DNA of 64,000 nt from Octopus vulgaris (taxonomy: Eukaryota): assembly GCA_951406725.2 (NCBI GenBank), contig OX597814.1, positions 53,692,001 through 53,756,000 on the forward strand. Direction: 5' to 3'. The translations under genes and the position numbers were made by a program. A model generated the notes under the pieces. That model had not been told where the DNA came from. It saw only the letters and a list, made by a program, of their open reading frames with translations, and did not search any database. Below are positions 51,175-64,000 of this stretch, in pieces (the first letter of the stretch is position 1; the number at the start of each line of letters is the position of its first letter).

Positions 51175-51386
51175 ATTGGTTTTAAATTTTAGCACAAGGA
51201 CAGCAAGTTTTGGGGAGGAGTAAGTCGATTACAACGACCTCAGTACTCAGCTAGCATTTATTTTATTGACCCCGAAGGGATGACAGGCAAAATCGACCTC
51301 GGTGGAATTTGAACTCAGAACGTAAAGACGGACGAAACACCGCTAAGCATTTTGCACGGTGTGCTAATGTTTCTGTCTGCTCGCCT

Positions 51387-51388
<2 letters not shown>
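51175..51388 (-). mobile_element. Nin/Deu-domain SINE (family C)
   Basis: GACCCCGAAGGGATGACAGGCAAAATCGACCTC. Confidence 0.8.
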
Positions 51389-51426
<38 letters not shown>

Positions 51427-52079
51427 GGTGTGTGTGTGTGTGTGTGTGTACGTGTGTGTGTGTGTGTGTGCGTGTGTGTGTGTGTGTGCGTGTGTGTCTG
51501 TCTGTATGTATGTATATATATATACATGTGTGTGTGTACTTATGTCGAGTTATTATTAGACCATTTAATATTAAACTGAAGGATTACTCAATACTTTTTG
51601 TTGATAATCTGTTTCTTATTCTTTTGCAAGAATTGTGTTCACAGTGACTTCGAAGTTTCGGCCTGTTTGGCCTTCATTGGACAGTCTGATGAGAGCTAAG
51701 CAGGCCGAAAATTTCGAAGTCATTGTCAACACTATTCGTACAAAAAAAGATACACACACACACTCACATACATCATACATAGATACATAGATACACACAT
51801 ACATACATACATACATACATACATACATACATACATACATACATACATACATACATACATACATACATACTATTCACAAACCAAACATCAGTCTCATACC
51901 AATCCGCTTCATTTTACCGTGTTACCGGTATGCAATGGATCTGCAAACTCTAAGCTTCCTGAGAGCAACGTTTTCTTTTTACTTTACAGCAAATCACATA
52001 CACCGCTGTGTCTTAAAAAAGGAAACGCCTTTTATTGAACATCTGTTCGACTAAATATCAACTAACAGATGCTCTACAC

Positions 52080-53407
52080 CAGAGATCGGCAACTTCTTTG
52101 CCTCCACGAGCAGGATCGATTATTAATAGCGGGCTGGACGAAGGCCATAAAAAAATAATTACGAAAAATTACACAAGCTGAAATTTGATCACGAGTATTG
52201 ACTATACTTTAAAATAATTTGTATTAACCACAGATGAATGTAGTAATAGGAAAACACCATTTATTCAATTTAAGACATCGTTGGAATCATTTGTTTAAAA
52301 AATATTAAAAATACATAGCAGCCAAAAAATTAATAGGAATCTCGATTTCTTTGTTCCTTGAAAGCTTCTCAATTTTAGACTTCAAACTTGTTGATGCCAA
52401 GAGCAAAATATTATCAAGATGATTATCAGTTAATCTTATTCTCAATCTGTTCTTAGTTTGCTTCAGTTTGGGAAATAATTGTTCACACTGATAAATGCTT
52501 CCAAACAAAGATGCCATCTTTTTTGGTATACTTCCCACTTGGAAAAATACATTTGGCATAGAAGTCAATCGATGAAACATCTTTAGAATGAAATTTAGAT
52601 TTCAATAAATCGTCACACTGCATATCAATCAATTCCATTTCAAAACATTCTGATACTGTCTCCACCTCCACATCAAATGGTGTAGCAAACAATTCAAACT
52701 GATTCGCATGCAAACGAATGTCAGCAAAACGTGATGCAAATTCATTTCTCAAATCCTGGATTATATTCACAAATACATTTAAATCTTGTGGTTTCCTTCC
52801 TTGAAATGAGGGAAAATGCACATAATTTTTATTTCGAAGTTGATGTTTCCATAACTGAAGCTTTTTTTTTTTCAAAGGCAACAATATGGTTATACATTTC
52901 ATTTACGAGCTGAGTTTTACCTTGAAGTTGTAAATTTAAGTTATTTAAATGAGTCACAATAACCACAATAAGTGCCAAAGTTACCAGCCAATCAGGATCT
53001 CGAAAATGTCGGCTCTCAGCTTTTTGTTTTATTTTTTTACGCGGGAGTGGTGGTGATTGGATAGAAATGTTTCGGAATTGTATTGTTATTATTATTATTG
53101 TTATTATTTTTGTGTTGTGTGAGCGGAAATGATGTGCGGAGCCATGCGTACGCGACGAATTTTTAATTGTGTTTTTGCTGTCGAAGCGTTCACTTCCGGT
53201 TGGTGGTAGACATTAGGTAGAGTGAATCAGAAGATTTGTGAAAGAATGTAACAGCAGGCTTTTTATTGTATTCGAAAGCCTTGTCTCTCATATAACAATA
53301 AATTAAAATTTTAAATAAACAACTCATTGGGTATCAGTTCTCGCGGACCGGTCAAAATCCCTTCGCGGGCCGGATCTGTCCCACGGGCTGTAGGTTGCCG
53401 ACCTCTA
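52080..53407 (-). mobile_element. Internally deleted hAT transposon (Charlie/SPIN/GTF2IRD2-like)
   Basis: 14-bp TIRs CAGAGATCGGCAAC / GTTGCCGACCTCTA; 8-bp TSD CTCTACAC at 52072-52079 and 53408-53415; transposase C-terminus HLNNLNLQLQGK, EFASRFAD, MELIDMQ, SLFGSIYQCEQLF, RLTDNHL. Confidence 0.93.
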
Positions 53408-54115
53408 CTCTACACAATTGATCGGCCTGCTTGAAGGCAGGTGTATATTAGATTAGAGCTCAGATAGCGCTAAACAACAATTACAAGAACATCTTTAGCA
53501 GTGACACGCATACCAAAACATCATGGAAACTTTAAAATATATGCAAATACGTCATAACACCCAAGCGACATGACACAACCGTATAGTAAACAGAACTGGT
53601 AGAAACATCGAAATAATCTTTTAAATGTATCATCTTGGTATAAAACTAGGTAAGTATACATAGATTTCTTTTCTTTTCTTCTTTTTTACATTTAGCTAAC
53701 TAAAAATTATTGATTACAGTTATGAATTCCTTCCTGAGTTATTTAATGTGACGGCTATAATATTTCATATCATTCGTGACACAACTTTATCAGGCTTTGT
53801 TTACTACCTATATCTTTCCATATAATAAAATATTGGTATCTGGTTAGCATCGCATTGATTTCACTGAACATTGACTGGAAGTTGTCTGGCATAACTTAAA
53901 TATAGTTCAAAAATAGAATCAATCGGAATAAGAAGAGAAACATATAATTGGTTGCCTGCGTATTAAGACAGCAGGAAATATTGAATAAATACATGTTGCA
54001 TCAAAATTCTATCCATACTGACATGCATAACTATCACCTGCTAGCTAGTAGGAATAGAAAGATGGCATAACCAGAGTGAATAACAATGTCGTGTAAAGAA
54101 GGAGAGAGTATGGGT

Positions 54116-54158
<43 letters not shown>

Positions 54159-54633
54159 ATGCATTTTTTTATTTGCTACAATAGCGATGATGTTTTCAGA
54201 GCATAAGCGATGTTAATTATAAAGCAGTAATGTTGAAGCGAGATGTAAAGATTGGGTACCAGAAGAAGAGGACGATAAGCTGATACAAAAGACAGCGATT
54301 GCAATCGATGCTGGACATTATCCAGTTTAGTGTATCGTCTTTGTGAATTTAAATCCTGCTGGACATATAATCCCTTCAGACATTTAATGTCTGTTTTTTT
54401 CACTGGTTATTTTTAAAGACCAGATTCCCATGCCAATCCATTATCTTTATTTTCAAAAACTTTGAACTATCAGCTATTAATATAGTTATGTCTAGCTCGC
54501 TACTTTTGGAAAAACACCTGTAAAAGGGCATTCAGCCATCTAATTGTACACATAATTTCAGTAAATCGAAGTTATTCAACGTGTAAAATTGCACTATGTG
54601 TGTATCATATATATATATATATATATATATATA

Positions 54634-54770
54634 CTCTTTTACTTGTTTCAGTCATTTGACTGCGGCCATGCTGGAGCACCGCCTTTAATCGAGCAACTCG
54701 ACCCCAGGACTTATTCTTTTGTAAGCCCAGTACTTATTCTATCGGTCTCTTTTGCCGAACCGCTAAGTAA
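54634..54770 (-). mobile_element. SINE family A 3' fragment
   Basis: Reverse complement of 59868-59997. Confidence 0.8.
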
Positions 54771-55158
54771 TATCGAACAGCGAGAATGAGTGCTCGAAAT
54801 CGTATATATATTAATATTTAGTAGAAGTAACAGAATGACTCAAGATCCGAGATATTCCTCAAAGACTCAAGCGAAACTGCCCGCTGAGAAATTCACAGCC
54901 GAATTTAGTACCTAAATACTTTAGCTTTATAGAACAACTATGTGTATATAAATTCAAACAAAGAAAATATTTGCCTTTTTTTTATTAGAAGCGTCGAAAA
55001 TGTGTATTGTGCGATACAAATTAGAACATGCTATTTTTTCGAATGCTGAGCTGCCGTTAGAACAGCAGAAATACGGGGTAAATTACCCTTACAAGGCGGG
55101 AAAATTTCTCAACAACCAGTCATGGAACTTGAACCCATAAAAATATACATATATATCC

Positions 55159-55283
<125 letters not shown>

Positions 55284-55359
55284 TACTGTATATATACACA
55301 TATATACATTCATATATTCTTTCCCCTTTTCTTTTTTCTTTTTTTCTCCTTTTTCCAGC

Positions 55360-56520
55360 ATGCTCTATTACAAATCCTTCCTCCTCCACCTTCACCACCG
55401 CCTAAAGAAACACCTTTTCACGCTTTCTTTCCGCTGCTTTCAACCATCTGTTAATCTTTCCCTACTGATTTTCAAAAAACACAGCTTCTCTTGTCACGTT
55501 TCCTTTCTCAGTCGCTACCTCACCACTACCTCATCCCCGAAAGTTTCCGCCTCCATTTCCACCCCACTTTCCACTCTGCTTCTGTCATCCTACCCATACT
55601 CCGTACTACTTTCTACCGCTTTATGTGTGCTAGTATTCGTTCTAGTCTCTCTAAAATACACACCTTCGACCACCTTCTCCCTCTCGTATATTCCACCTTT
55701 TTCTCATCTCTTTCACCTTCCTTTGCACACTCCACTCTACGCTTCATAATCTATCTAAATCATCTTTTCCACGAGTTCTTCGCTTGCACTAAACAACATA
55801 AGCTCCACTCACGCCTTCATTCTGTCACACCTGATACTACTACACCTACCCCTCCCCACCCATCCCTCTCAGCTACACTCTCCTCTCACCCTCACCCCAA
55901 CCCTTCCGTTACTCCAATCCCTCACGCACTTACTCCTCTTTCTTCTCCCAGCTTTCCACTATCCCCACCATATCCCCACCACCCTTCCCACATCTAGCTC
56001 ATCCACCCACTCCCCACGTCAGTCTGTTATTACCATTCCTCCTGATCTTCTTCCTCTCTCTGAAGCGGAGCGCTCTCTTCTCAGTAAGGGTCTGCGCTTC
56101 ATCTCCCTCACTCCATCCAGTAACGAATTTCATACCTGTGCTGATATTCATAGCTTTGTGCGCCACGTCAGGCTATATGCACTATTCCACAACACTCCAC
56201 CAGCATCTAACGAAGAGGACTGCTTCACCGACCTGGGCCGCCGACCATCCCACTTAATGCCAGCTCCTAGCCAGTTCCAAGCAGTCGATCATTTTGCAAG
56301 CATCTGCCAACGTGCTATGGACCGGTTTAACTTTCGCGGACGTCCCCGACATCTGAACATCTCCCCGGTCGAACTCTTGGCCCTTCGATGTCTCTGACGC
56401 CGCAAAGACATCATCATAAGACCAGCTTACAAGGGTGGAGCTGTGGCGGTGTGACGCGCAGACCTCTACAAGGCTGAAGCTCTCCGCCAACTTCAAGACA
56501 CCTTCTTCTATTGCCCTCTT
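55360..56520 (+). mobile_element. Penelope-like element ORF, 5' part (defective)
   Basis: LSEAERSLLSKGLRF...FVRHVRL...NISPVELLAL...DIIIRPAYKGGAVAV...LYKAEALRQLQD (cf. KPADKGGAVVV). Confidence 0.85.
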
Positions 56521-56720
56521 TTTTATAGGGCTGAGATTGGAATTTTGAGGTGACCAGTCTATGAAATGTGGAAGGGCATGTCTAAGAATTTGTTTGTAGA
56601 TTTCACCATTGACAGTTCCCTGTAGGCTAATTAAGTGGACTAGGACAAGCAGCAGAAATCACTCCCCATACATACATACATACATACATACATACATACA
56701 TACATACATACATACATACA

Positions 56721-56751
<31 letters not shown>

Positions 56752-57260
56752 CTCACAGCCTCCTCCATACCTCACTGTCTTCTTCACACATGCACGAGAT
56801 AACCTTTCGCCACTTCTTCCTCAGACGTACATCCCGCCATCGGAATCAGTCACATTAAACTTCGATTCGTCGCGACCACTGTTCTTCTGTCCAAACGACA
56901 TGTTCGTGAGCGAAACGAAGACGGGCTCTTTGATTCTTCCTGGAGATCAGAGTTTTCTTTGTCGTTACCTGAGTAAGCAACCTAGAACCTCGAAACCTCG
57001 AGAAACTGTTTTGGGCGATACGTTGATATCGGAAGTGGAGCTAAACTCGCAGGATATCTCAGCAGCACGCTTGAACCAATCCTTCAGTGACATTCTAACC
57101 ATAAAACGATCCTGTCTTGGTGAAGTTTTACGAGGTCTGTTTACCACTTAGTAGTGGATGTTGCGTAAAACACACAAATACTGCGATATTTACCAAGAGA
57201 GGAAAATTTTCAAATGATTCTTTTCTTTTTTTTTTTGTCTTGGTGATGTGCTTTTATACA
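56521..57260 (-). mobile_element. Degraded Tc1 transposase fragment interrupted by (TACA)n
   Basis: RPRKTSPRQDR, VSPKTV, DESKFN..SDG, KKTVRYGGG, WGVISAA, WSPQNSNLSPI. Confidence 0.85.
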
Positions 57261-57274
57261 CCAGAAAACCATTT

Positions 57275-57436
57275 GTTTATGGAAGACCTATGCATACCAG
57301 CCTCTCCTCTTCGTCACCGATGTTGTCCAAGGGAAAGGCAAAGGCCAATACAGCTTGGTGCCATTGACGTCGCAACTCATTTCTACAACTACATTGCGAT
57401 TGTGAGACCGACGCTCTAACCACTGAGCCATGCACC

Positions 57437-57437
<1 letters not shown>
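57275..57437 (-). mobile_element. SINE family B, internally deleted
   Basis: Matches 5695-5930 in reverse. Confidence 0.75.
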
Positions 57438-57468
<31 letters not shown>

Positions 57469-57731
57469 CATACATACATACATACATACATACATACGTA
57501 CATACAGATAAACATACACACACGTATGTATATATCAAACCTTACCCGTCTCTCGTAAACGAGTTTGGCCTGCTAGCACGTCATACTCTATCGTGAGCAA
57601 ATATAGACACCCTCTAAGACCATCAGACAGATTCAACAGTTACAGCGAATATGAGAGCGTGCATACGTGTGCGTATGTGTGTGTGTGTGTGTGGTGTGTG
57701 TGTGTATGTGTGTGTGTGTATGTGTGTGTAG

Positions 57732-57832
<101 letters not shown>

Positions 57833-58632
57833 CGAATTGAATTAAATGGTATTAAAAACAGATTAACTTTTCTGTAGATATGAAAAACGTTGTGAGGAAT
57901 GATATGAAACAGAGATACATGAGGTACTGTAACCAAATTAGATATACAACAAATAGATTATATTCACTTTGGTATTTCAGTCATTTTAGATATCATATTA
58001 GTCGCTTTATTGGTCTGAATCCAGTTATACTAATAAAAAAACCAACAATAATAGTAAGGAAATGGCAGATTAATTGTTTGATGGGAAAGATGTTTGGCTA
58101 ACAAAGTTAAAACGGAAATGATTGATACGTGTTTTAAGATATAGAGTTGTTGTAGTTCTATGTAGTTTGTTTTTACACTTTGTACGTAGCCATTAATTCC
58201 AGAGAAAATCATGTTGGCCATGCAATTTGCTTAGCAATCAAAGAAATACCTAAATTAGTAGCCTGAAGTCAAAATATTTTCATGAACCTGTTGAATTTCT
58301 AGAAACGTATAATAATGACATCGGTCTCCATAAATGCAGTTCGTAAACAGTCAATAGATATTTAGAATTGCACGCAATCAGAAAAGACAGTTCAACGACG
58401 GTGTAATATTCGACTTCGAATAATGAGCTAGTGTTCTATTTCACCATTTAAAGACGATATTTTTCATAGTCCTGAGAAGTATATCATCGAAGTATTTCCG
58501 CGACATTTCTCTCTGTCTTCCTTTCCTTATATCTGCCATTGCATCACTATTTTTCTCAATAGATGGATAGGTAGATAGATACATACATATATACATACAT
58601 ACAAAATTACATACATATATGTATATGTGTGT

Positions 58633-58680
<48 letters not shown>

Positions 58681-58715
58681 ATGCATATATATATATATAT
58701 GTGTGTGTGTGTGTA

Positions 58716-58787
<72 letters not shown>

Positions 58788-59597
58788 GTTAATCCAAACA
58801 TGAAAACACAAAGAAAAAACACAACAACGCGAGGGCGTGGAACAAATATAGTATTATTGGACGCTCAGGAAGGAAGGAAGCTCTTCGTCAGAAACATAGG
58901 AAAAGGAAAGATCCAGAGAAGGGAATACGGAGGAAAAAAATCGCCAACGGTACACACGCGGTCACATTTATATATATATATTCTTTTACATGTTTCAGTC
59001 CAAAGACTGGGGCCATGCTGGAGCACCATGTATGTATATATGTATATACATGTGTATGTGTGTGTGTGTGTGGCAAAACCTCCCTAAACTAGAAACCCTT
59101 ACAAAAGTACTACCCTTACAGGAATTAGAATGCTTATATGAAGGACAATCATACAATATCAAGGTATAATATAATATAAACAACAAAACCACCATAAAGC
59201 AAGAAACATAGAACCCCTAACAAGTTCAGTCCTACGAGGTCTAGAATTTCAATGAAGGTCAACTTAGAACCACGTGAACACAAAATACAAAAGTGTTACA
59301 GTCAACAAACACATCAAACGTGTATATCTTTCATCAGCTACCTAATGAATACCATTATAGTTTCCACTCCTGGACAGTACCATTCAATCCAGTGATGTCA
59401 ACAGCGTTAAAAACATAAATATTGTTTGATAATTAATAGACAAGAAGCAGGAACGAGTCATTAGTGCAATATGTCATTAAGTCTACACTTGCTTTTAATT
59501 ACAAACATCAAATCTTAAACATAAGTCGTTTCACGTGCTACGAAGCATAGAAATTTTTTTAAATACTATATAGAAAATAGAGATATATCATAAAAAT

Positions 59598-59997
59598 GGC
59601 GCAGGAGTGGCTGTGTGGTAAGTAGCTTGCTTACCAGCCACATGGTTCCGGGTTCAGTCCCTCTGCGTGGCACCTTGAGCGTGTGTTTTCTCCTATAGCC
59701 TCGGGCCGAACAAAGCCTTGTGAGTGGATTTGGTAGATTTAAACTGGAAGCCCGTCGTATATATGTGATGTGTGTGTGTGTGTGTGTGTGTGTGTTGTAT
59801 ATCTGTGTTTGCGCCTCCCCCCAACATCGCTTGACAACCAATGCTAGTGTGTTTATGTCCCCTGTAACTTAGCGGTTCGGCAAAAGAGACCGATAGAATA
59901 AGTACTAGGCTTACAAAGAATAAGTCCTGGGGTCGATTTGATCCGACTAAAGCCGGTGCTCCAGCATGGCCGCAGTCAAATGACTGAAACATGTAAC
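59598..59997 (+). mobile_element. Full-length tRNA-derived SINE family A
   Basis: A box TGGCTGTGTGG, B box GGGTTCAGTCC, internal (TG)n, 3' hairpin CAGTCA-AA-TGACTG. Confidence 0.88.
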
Positions 59998-60514
59998 AGA
60001 ATTGCTACCCCATGATATTACTCTGCTTTCTTGCCTGTCTCTTTATCTATATATTGTCCTCTGTTACGTTGCTGCATGGTGAGTGTCTGCAAGAAAAATG
60101 TGTGGGCGGGGAAGGAGACCCTGAGGTTTATAGTTCTGGAAAGGAAGGAACGAAGTGTTTAATGCTATGTCTGAGTGAAGGGGATACACTTGCTGCCCTT
60201 CCTCCAGACACAGCATTCTTTTCACACTGGGGCAAAAGAAAATGATGGGTGGGGCGAGGGTCTTGTGTGAAAAAGCATTCAGGTAACAAGTACTGGGAAG
60301 CGGAGAACATTGTTGTAGTGTTAGAGAAGACGTCTGTAAAAAACAGCGATAGGCATAAAGATAAGAAGCGGCGCATTTGCGGGCCTAATGGTCGAAGTGT
60401 ATCTGAAACTGATTATTTTCCAATCAGTCGAATGACTCTTTTTGAATGTAGTTTGGACGTGTAGCAGCAATACTTCACTACCATCACTATACCACAGATG
60501 TAAGCAGTAATCCA

Positions 60515-60904
60515 ATGTTGTTCGTCGTCGCCTGAATCTCTGGCCCCTCCTTTCGGTGCTTCTACAACGGAGCTTAAGGTGGTTCGGTCATGCGGCCCGG
60601 TGTCCAGAGGGTGAGCTGATTCGCGATGTCCTCCTCCCACCTCCACTTCCCAACTGGCGCAAACGCAAGGGCAGGCAGCTGAAGATCTGGGCGACGACGA
60701 TAAAGGAGGACCTCTCCGAACTCTGAGGTCCGCAGGTGGTCGGTCTACGCAGATGGAATCGCAAATAGCTCGCTATCTCCAGTGACCTCGCACAGGACCG
60801 TCGAGCGTGGGCCGCCATGGTTCGTGATGCCGTTAGGAACAGAGACGAAGCCGGCTCAACCCGCCCTGGGTGAATGCCGTCACAAGTACAAGTACAAGTA
60901 AGTA
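60515..60904 (+). mobile_element. RTE-clade LINE 3' end
   Basis: LRWFGHAAR...WRKRKGRQLKIWATTIKEDL...LAQDRRAWAAMV; (CAAGTA)n tail; GC-rich. Confidence 0.9.
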
Positions 60905-61660
60905 AACTATGTAGAGTATTAGCAACTGATTAAAGAGTAAGTGTTCCTTGTTTTAAAAAAGAATTCAGGATTTTGTGGGGAAGGTTTTGCAATTGTCATG
61001 AGAAGTCATCAGAGATTTATTAACTTTAAAGTTCTTAATTGTAGTTTCATTCATTCTAGAGAATAGGAAGTATAAGCCCATTTCATAGTGATTAAATACT
61101 TCTGCTGTTGAAAGAAACCATATTGCTATGTCATCGTTGAAACATTATCCCAAAGTTTTATGAAGTCAACGTATATCTAGCTTAAGATCTTCATGTTGAT
61201 TGTGAATGGCTCCAGTATGCGGAAGATTAAAGAGTGTAGCGGAGTTTTAAGGTCATGAAATGTGCGTCGTATGAAGCAACTACAAACAATTAATAAATGT
61301 ACGAAAGTCAGAGTTCAGAAAACGTTAGCAAACTGTGTGGTACACAAGATTTCGTAGAATGCAGGTCGGTTGCGCCATCGGTAGGCAGCCTCGTATCCAT
61401 GAAATGAGATGCTGATAGAGACCATAGGCGGGAAACTTAGCTAGAACGTTCTCATAACAGACAAGGTCTAAGGTTTGCTAATATCGTATGCAACAACATT
61501 CACAAGAGGTCCATTCACCACTCATTTGAACTTCAACATTTTTTCCAGTCTGAAGAGCAGACGGTTTCACTTTTTTAATTTTTCAAAGTTCTGTTGTGTT
61601 TATTGCCTCTGAACTCGCTGACTCACCAACATGTTTGATTTCTTCCTGTGTTTCATTTAG

Positions 61661-61935
61661 GATACTGTAACGCTATTTCCCTCTCCAGGAAAAGACACAA
61701 ATTAGAGTATATTAAAGCCGAACTCTGTTTCAAAGACGTATGGCAAGATATCGGTTTTCTGAGACATACCCATAAATTTGAATACATTCGAGTTATTTTC
61801 CACTCGAAACCCCAAGCCCAGAATCACTCCACCTTCCCACAAAACACTGTAGATTTCACACTAATACCGATTTATCATGGTACAGAGAATTGTCTGAGTA
61901 AAAACTTCAAACTAACCAACAGAACTACATTTCTG
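61661..61935 (+). other. Candidate exon (open frame between a good acceptor and donor), product unknown
   Basis: ttcttcctgtgtttcatttag|GA at 61660 and CTG|GTGAGT at 61936; stop-free frame GYCNAISL...NRTTFL. Confidence 0.35.
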
Positions 61936-62027
61936 GTGAGTGATGAAATGTGTGGCTTTGGGGAAATAAAAAGATTCCGAAAAGAGAATTGAGTTGGATT
62001 CAGGAAGTCAGCAACTGCGGGTTGTAG

Positions 62028-62960
62028 AAGAATGTAGAAGGCCTCATTGCTACAACTGTAGAAACACTAACCACCTCAAAGATTTTTCCCCCAATAGCAA
62101 CAGGAAATGACAGCTGGAAGAAGGCCTCCACCACTGCCAACGCTACAACTTTAACATCAACAACAACAACAACAGCAGCAACCATAACAGGAACAACCAC
62201 AGCAACTACAAAACAATTTACTACTGCATCGACAGCGATTGCAACACCAGCGACAAGACTGGAGGCAACACTTACAACAACAACAACAACAAGAGTAGAA
62301 ACAATAGCAACGAAAACAAGAGAAACATTGCCTTCAAAATCCACTACGTCATTAACAACAACAACAACTGAAAGTAACTTTATACGTATCAGCAACAACA
62401 CGAGTGGCAACAAAAGCAACCAAAACAACAAAAGAAATATTGCCTGCAAGAGCCACTACGTCATTAATAACAACAGCAACTGAAATTTGCTCTATATCAA
62501 CAACAAAACAAAAAAAAAACAATGACCCACAAGACGTGCCCCTCTCCTCTTGTGACCTCTCAGACATGTTATGGCGAAGGAGACGGTGAGATCGATAAAA
62601 ATTTACTAATGCAAATGAAAGAAAAAAGAAATAAAAACAACCAACACAAAAAACTGGCAGATACGTACAAATGCCACATCTAACAACAGCTACACCAGCA
62701 CTGTCAACACCATCATCTCCACTACCATCGGTATTACAGACACCACTAAAAGTACAACCTGATTTACAGACACAGTAGTCAAATCACACAACCCAACACG
62801 ATCAAAAAAAAAACAACAGATATTAACTAATGACTATAAATGCAAGAAATAAAGAACTAACAAAACCACATACACAAACATACCAGCATCACATACAATA
62901 ACATCACTTTCACAAGATTCCAGAACACATAAAAATCATCCAGATATCACAACAAGCATA
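62028..62960 (+). pseudogene. Thr-rich mucin-like coding relic with internal repeat and frameshift
   Basis: ~150 stop-free codons 62028-62483; ATKTRETLPSKSTTSLTTTTTE recurs as ATKTTKEILPARATTSLITTATE in a shifted frame. Confidence 0.4.
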
Positions 62961-63229
62961 CATCTTAAAAACCAAATACCTCAAAGGAGTAGGAAACTTC
63001 AGGGAAAATAAAAACAAAAAATTATATTAAGAATTGTGTGTGGAAACAAACATAGCAACCGAAAAGATGAAACACCTGTCACTCCGTAGGAATAAGGTAG
63101 ATTATCCTTTCTCATTGCCTTCCTTCTAACCAATATAGCCTTGCCCAGAATATGGAGTGTAGATGCATGTGGTCGTGGGGTTACCATGGAAGCAGAGCTA
63201 CCTGATCAACGACCTCGGGTTACTAGATA

Positions 63230-63615
63230 TAAAATGCTTAGCGGCATTTCGTCCGTCGCTACTGCCTGAGTTCAAATTCTGCCGCGGTCGACTTTGCTTT
63301 TCATCCTTTCGGGGTTGATAAATTAAGTACCAGTGAAATACTGGCGTCGACATAATCGACTCAAAATTTCAGGCCTTGTGCCTTTAGTAGAAAAGATTAT
63401 CATTATTATTCAGGCTGCGAGCTGGCCGAGTCGCTAGCACTCCGGGAAAAATGCTTCACGGCATTTCTTACATTCTGAGTTCAAATGCCGCTTAGGTTGA
63501 CTTTGTTTTTCAGTTTTGCGGGGTCGATGAAATAAATACCAGAAACTGGGGTCGATATAAGCGACTTGTCCCCTCCCCAAAAATTTCAAGCCTTATGCCT
63601 TTAGTAGAAAGGATT
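63230..63615 (+). mobile_element. Two tandem Nin/Deu-domain SINE copies
   Basis: GGTCGACTTTGCTTTTCATCCTTTCGGGGTTGATAAA and a second diverged copy from 63411. Confidence 0.8.
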
Positions 63616-64000
63616 ATCATTATTGCTACTGCTAATGCTGTTGTTGCTGCTACTGCAATTAGAAACTGACGCACAGAAGGAACTGGTATGAAATTTATCT
63701 TCGGAAATTAAACATCAAGGCTCCATGAGAAGAGAAATTTTAATAAACTCTAGTCTTATCATGATAAATAAAATAACAGAGATAAGTGAATTATACCAAA
63801 CATATACATATAGAAATATTTGGAAATTAATGAACTAGATCACACAAACGAACCAGGAAGGAATATTATAGTCACATTAAATTGATACTCGAAGCAGAAC
63901 TAAATGGCAAAAATAAGTGATAAATATCATATCCTAACTTAGCTAGAAATAATAGTCTCAGATAGAAGCTAAATGAATTAGCAAAACTAGATACAAAAAT

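Noticed and set aside
62000-62449. 149-aa Val-rich - strand ORF resembling a membrane protein
   Set aside because: Antisense shadow of the Thr-rich (ACA-rich) + frame

Overview
AT-rich eukaryotic genomic DNA, densely packed with microsatellites and transposons. The SINE families and the density of (TA)n/(CA)n/(TAA)n tracts point to a cephalopod, probably Octopus (inference). No intact multi-exon host gene is visible, and most ORFs in the supplied track are microsatellite artefacts. Mobile elements include two mariners and a mariner MITE, a Tc1 fragment, a Tc2/pogo-like MITE, a hAT element with an 8-bp TSD, Helitron Rep and helicase remnants, R4/Dong-clade LINEs in (TAA)n tracts, a tandemly arrayed non-autonomous TAA-associated element, RTE and CR1/L2-type LINE fragments, several tRNA-derived SINE families, and many Penelope-like (PLE) remnants carrying hammerhead ribozyme motifs. 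Four less obvious signals stand out. (1) Collinear, heavily decayed + strand exon relics from ~26.3 kb to at least ~46.7 kb, possibly to ~63 kb, read as an NWD1/NWD2-like (DUF4062-NACHT-WD40) pseudogene. (2) A 1.4-kb TA-flanked cassette has six ATTGG/TGACGTC modules at an invariant 17-nt offset plus TATA, Inr, Kozak and a splice donor, and is bracketed by outward-facing hammerhead motifs. (3) Two locally duplicated segments diverge with codon periodicity. (4) A candidate - strand host exon runs off the left edge. A 100-N gap at 36942-37041 is flanked by a probable false duplication. All family assignments come from manual translation and remembered motifs; no database search was run.
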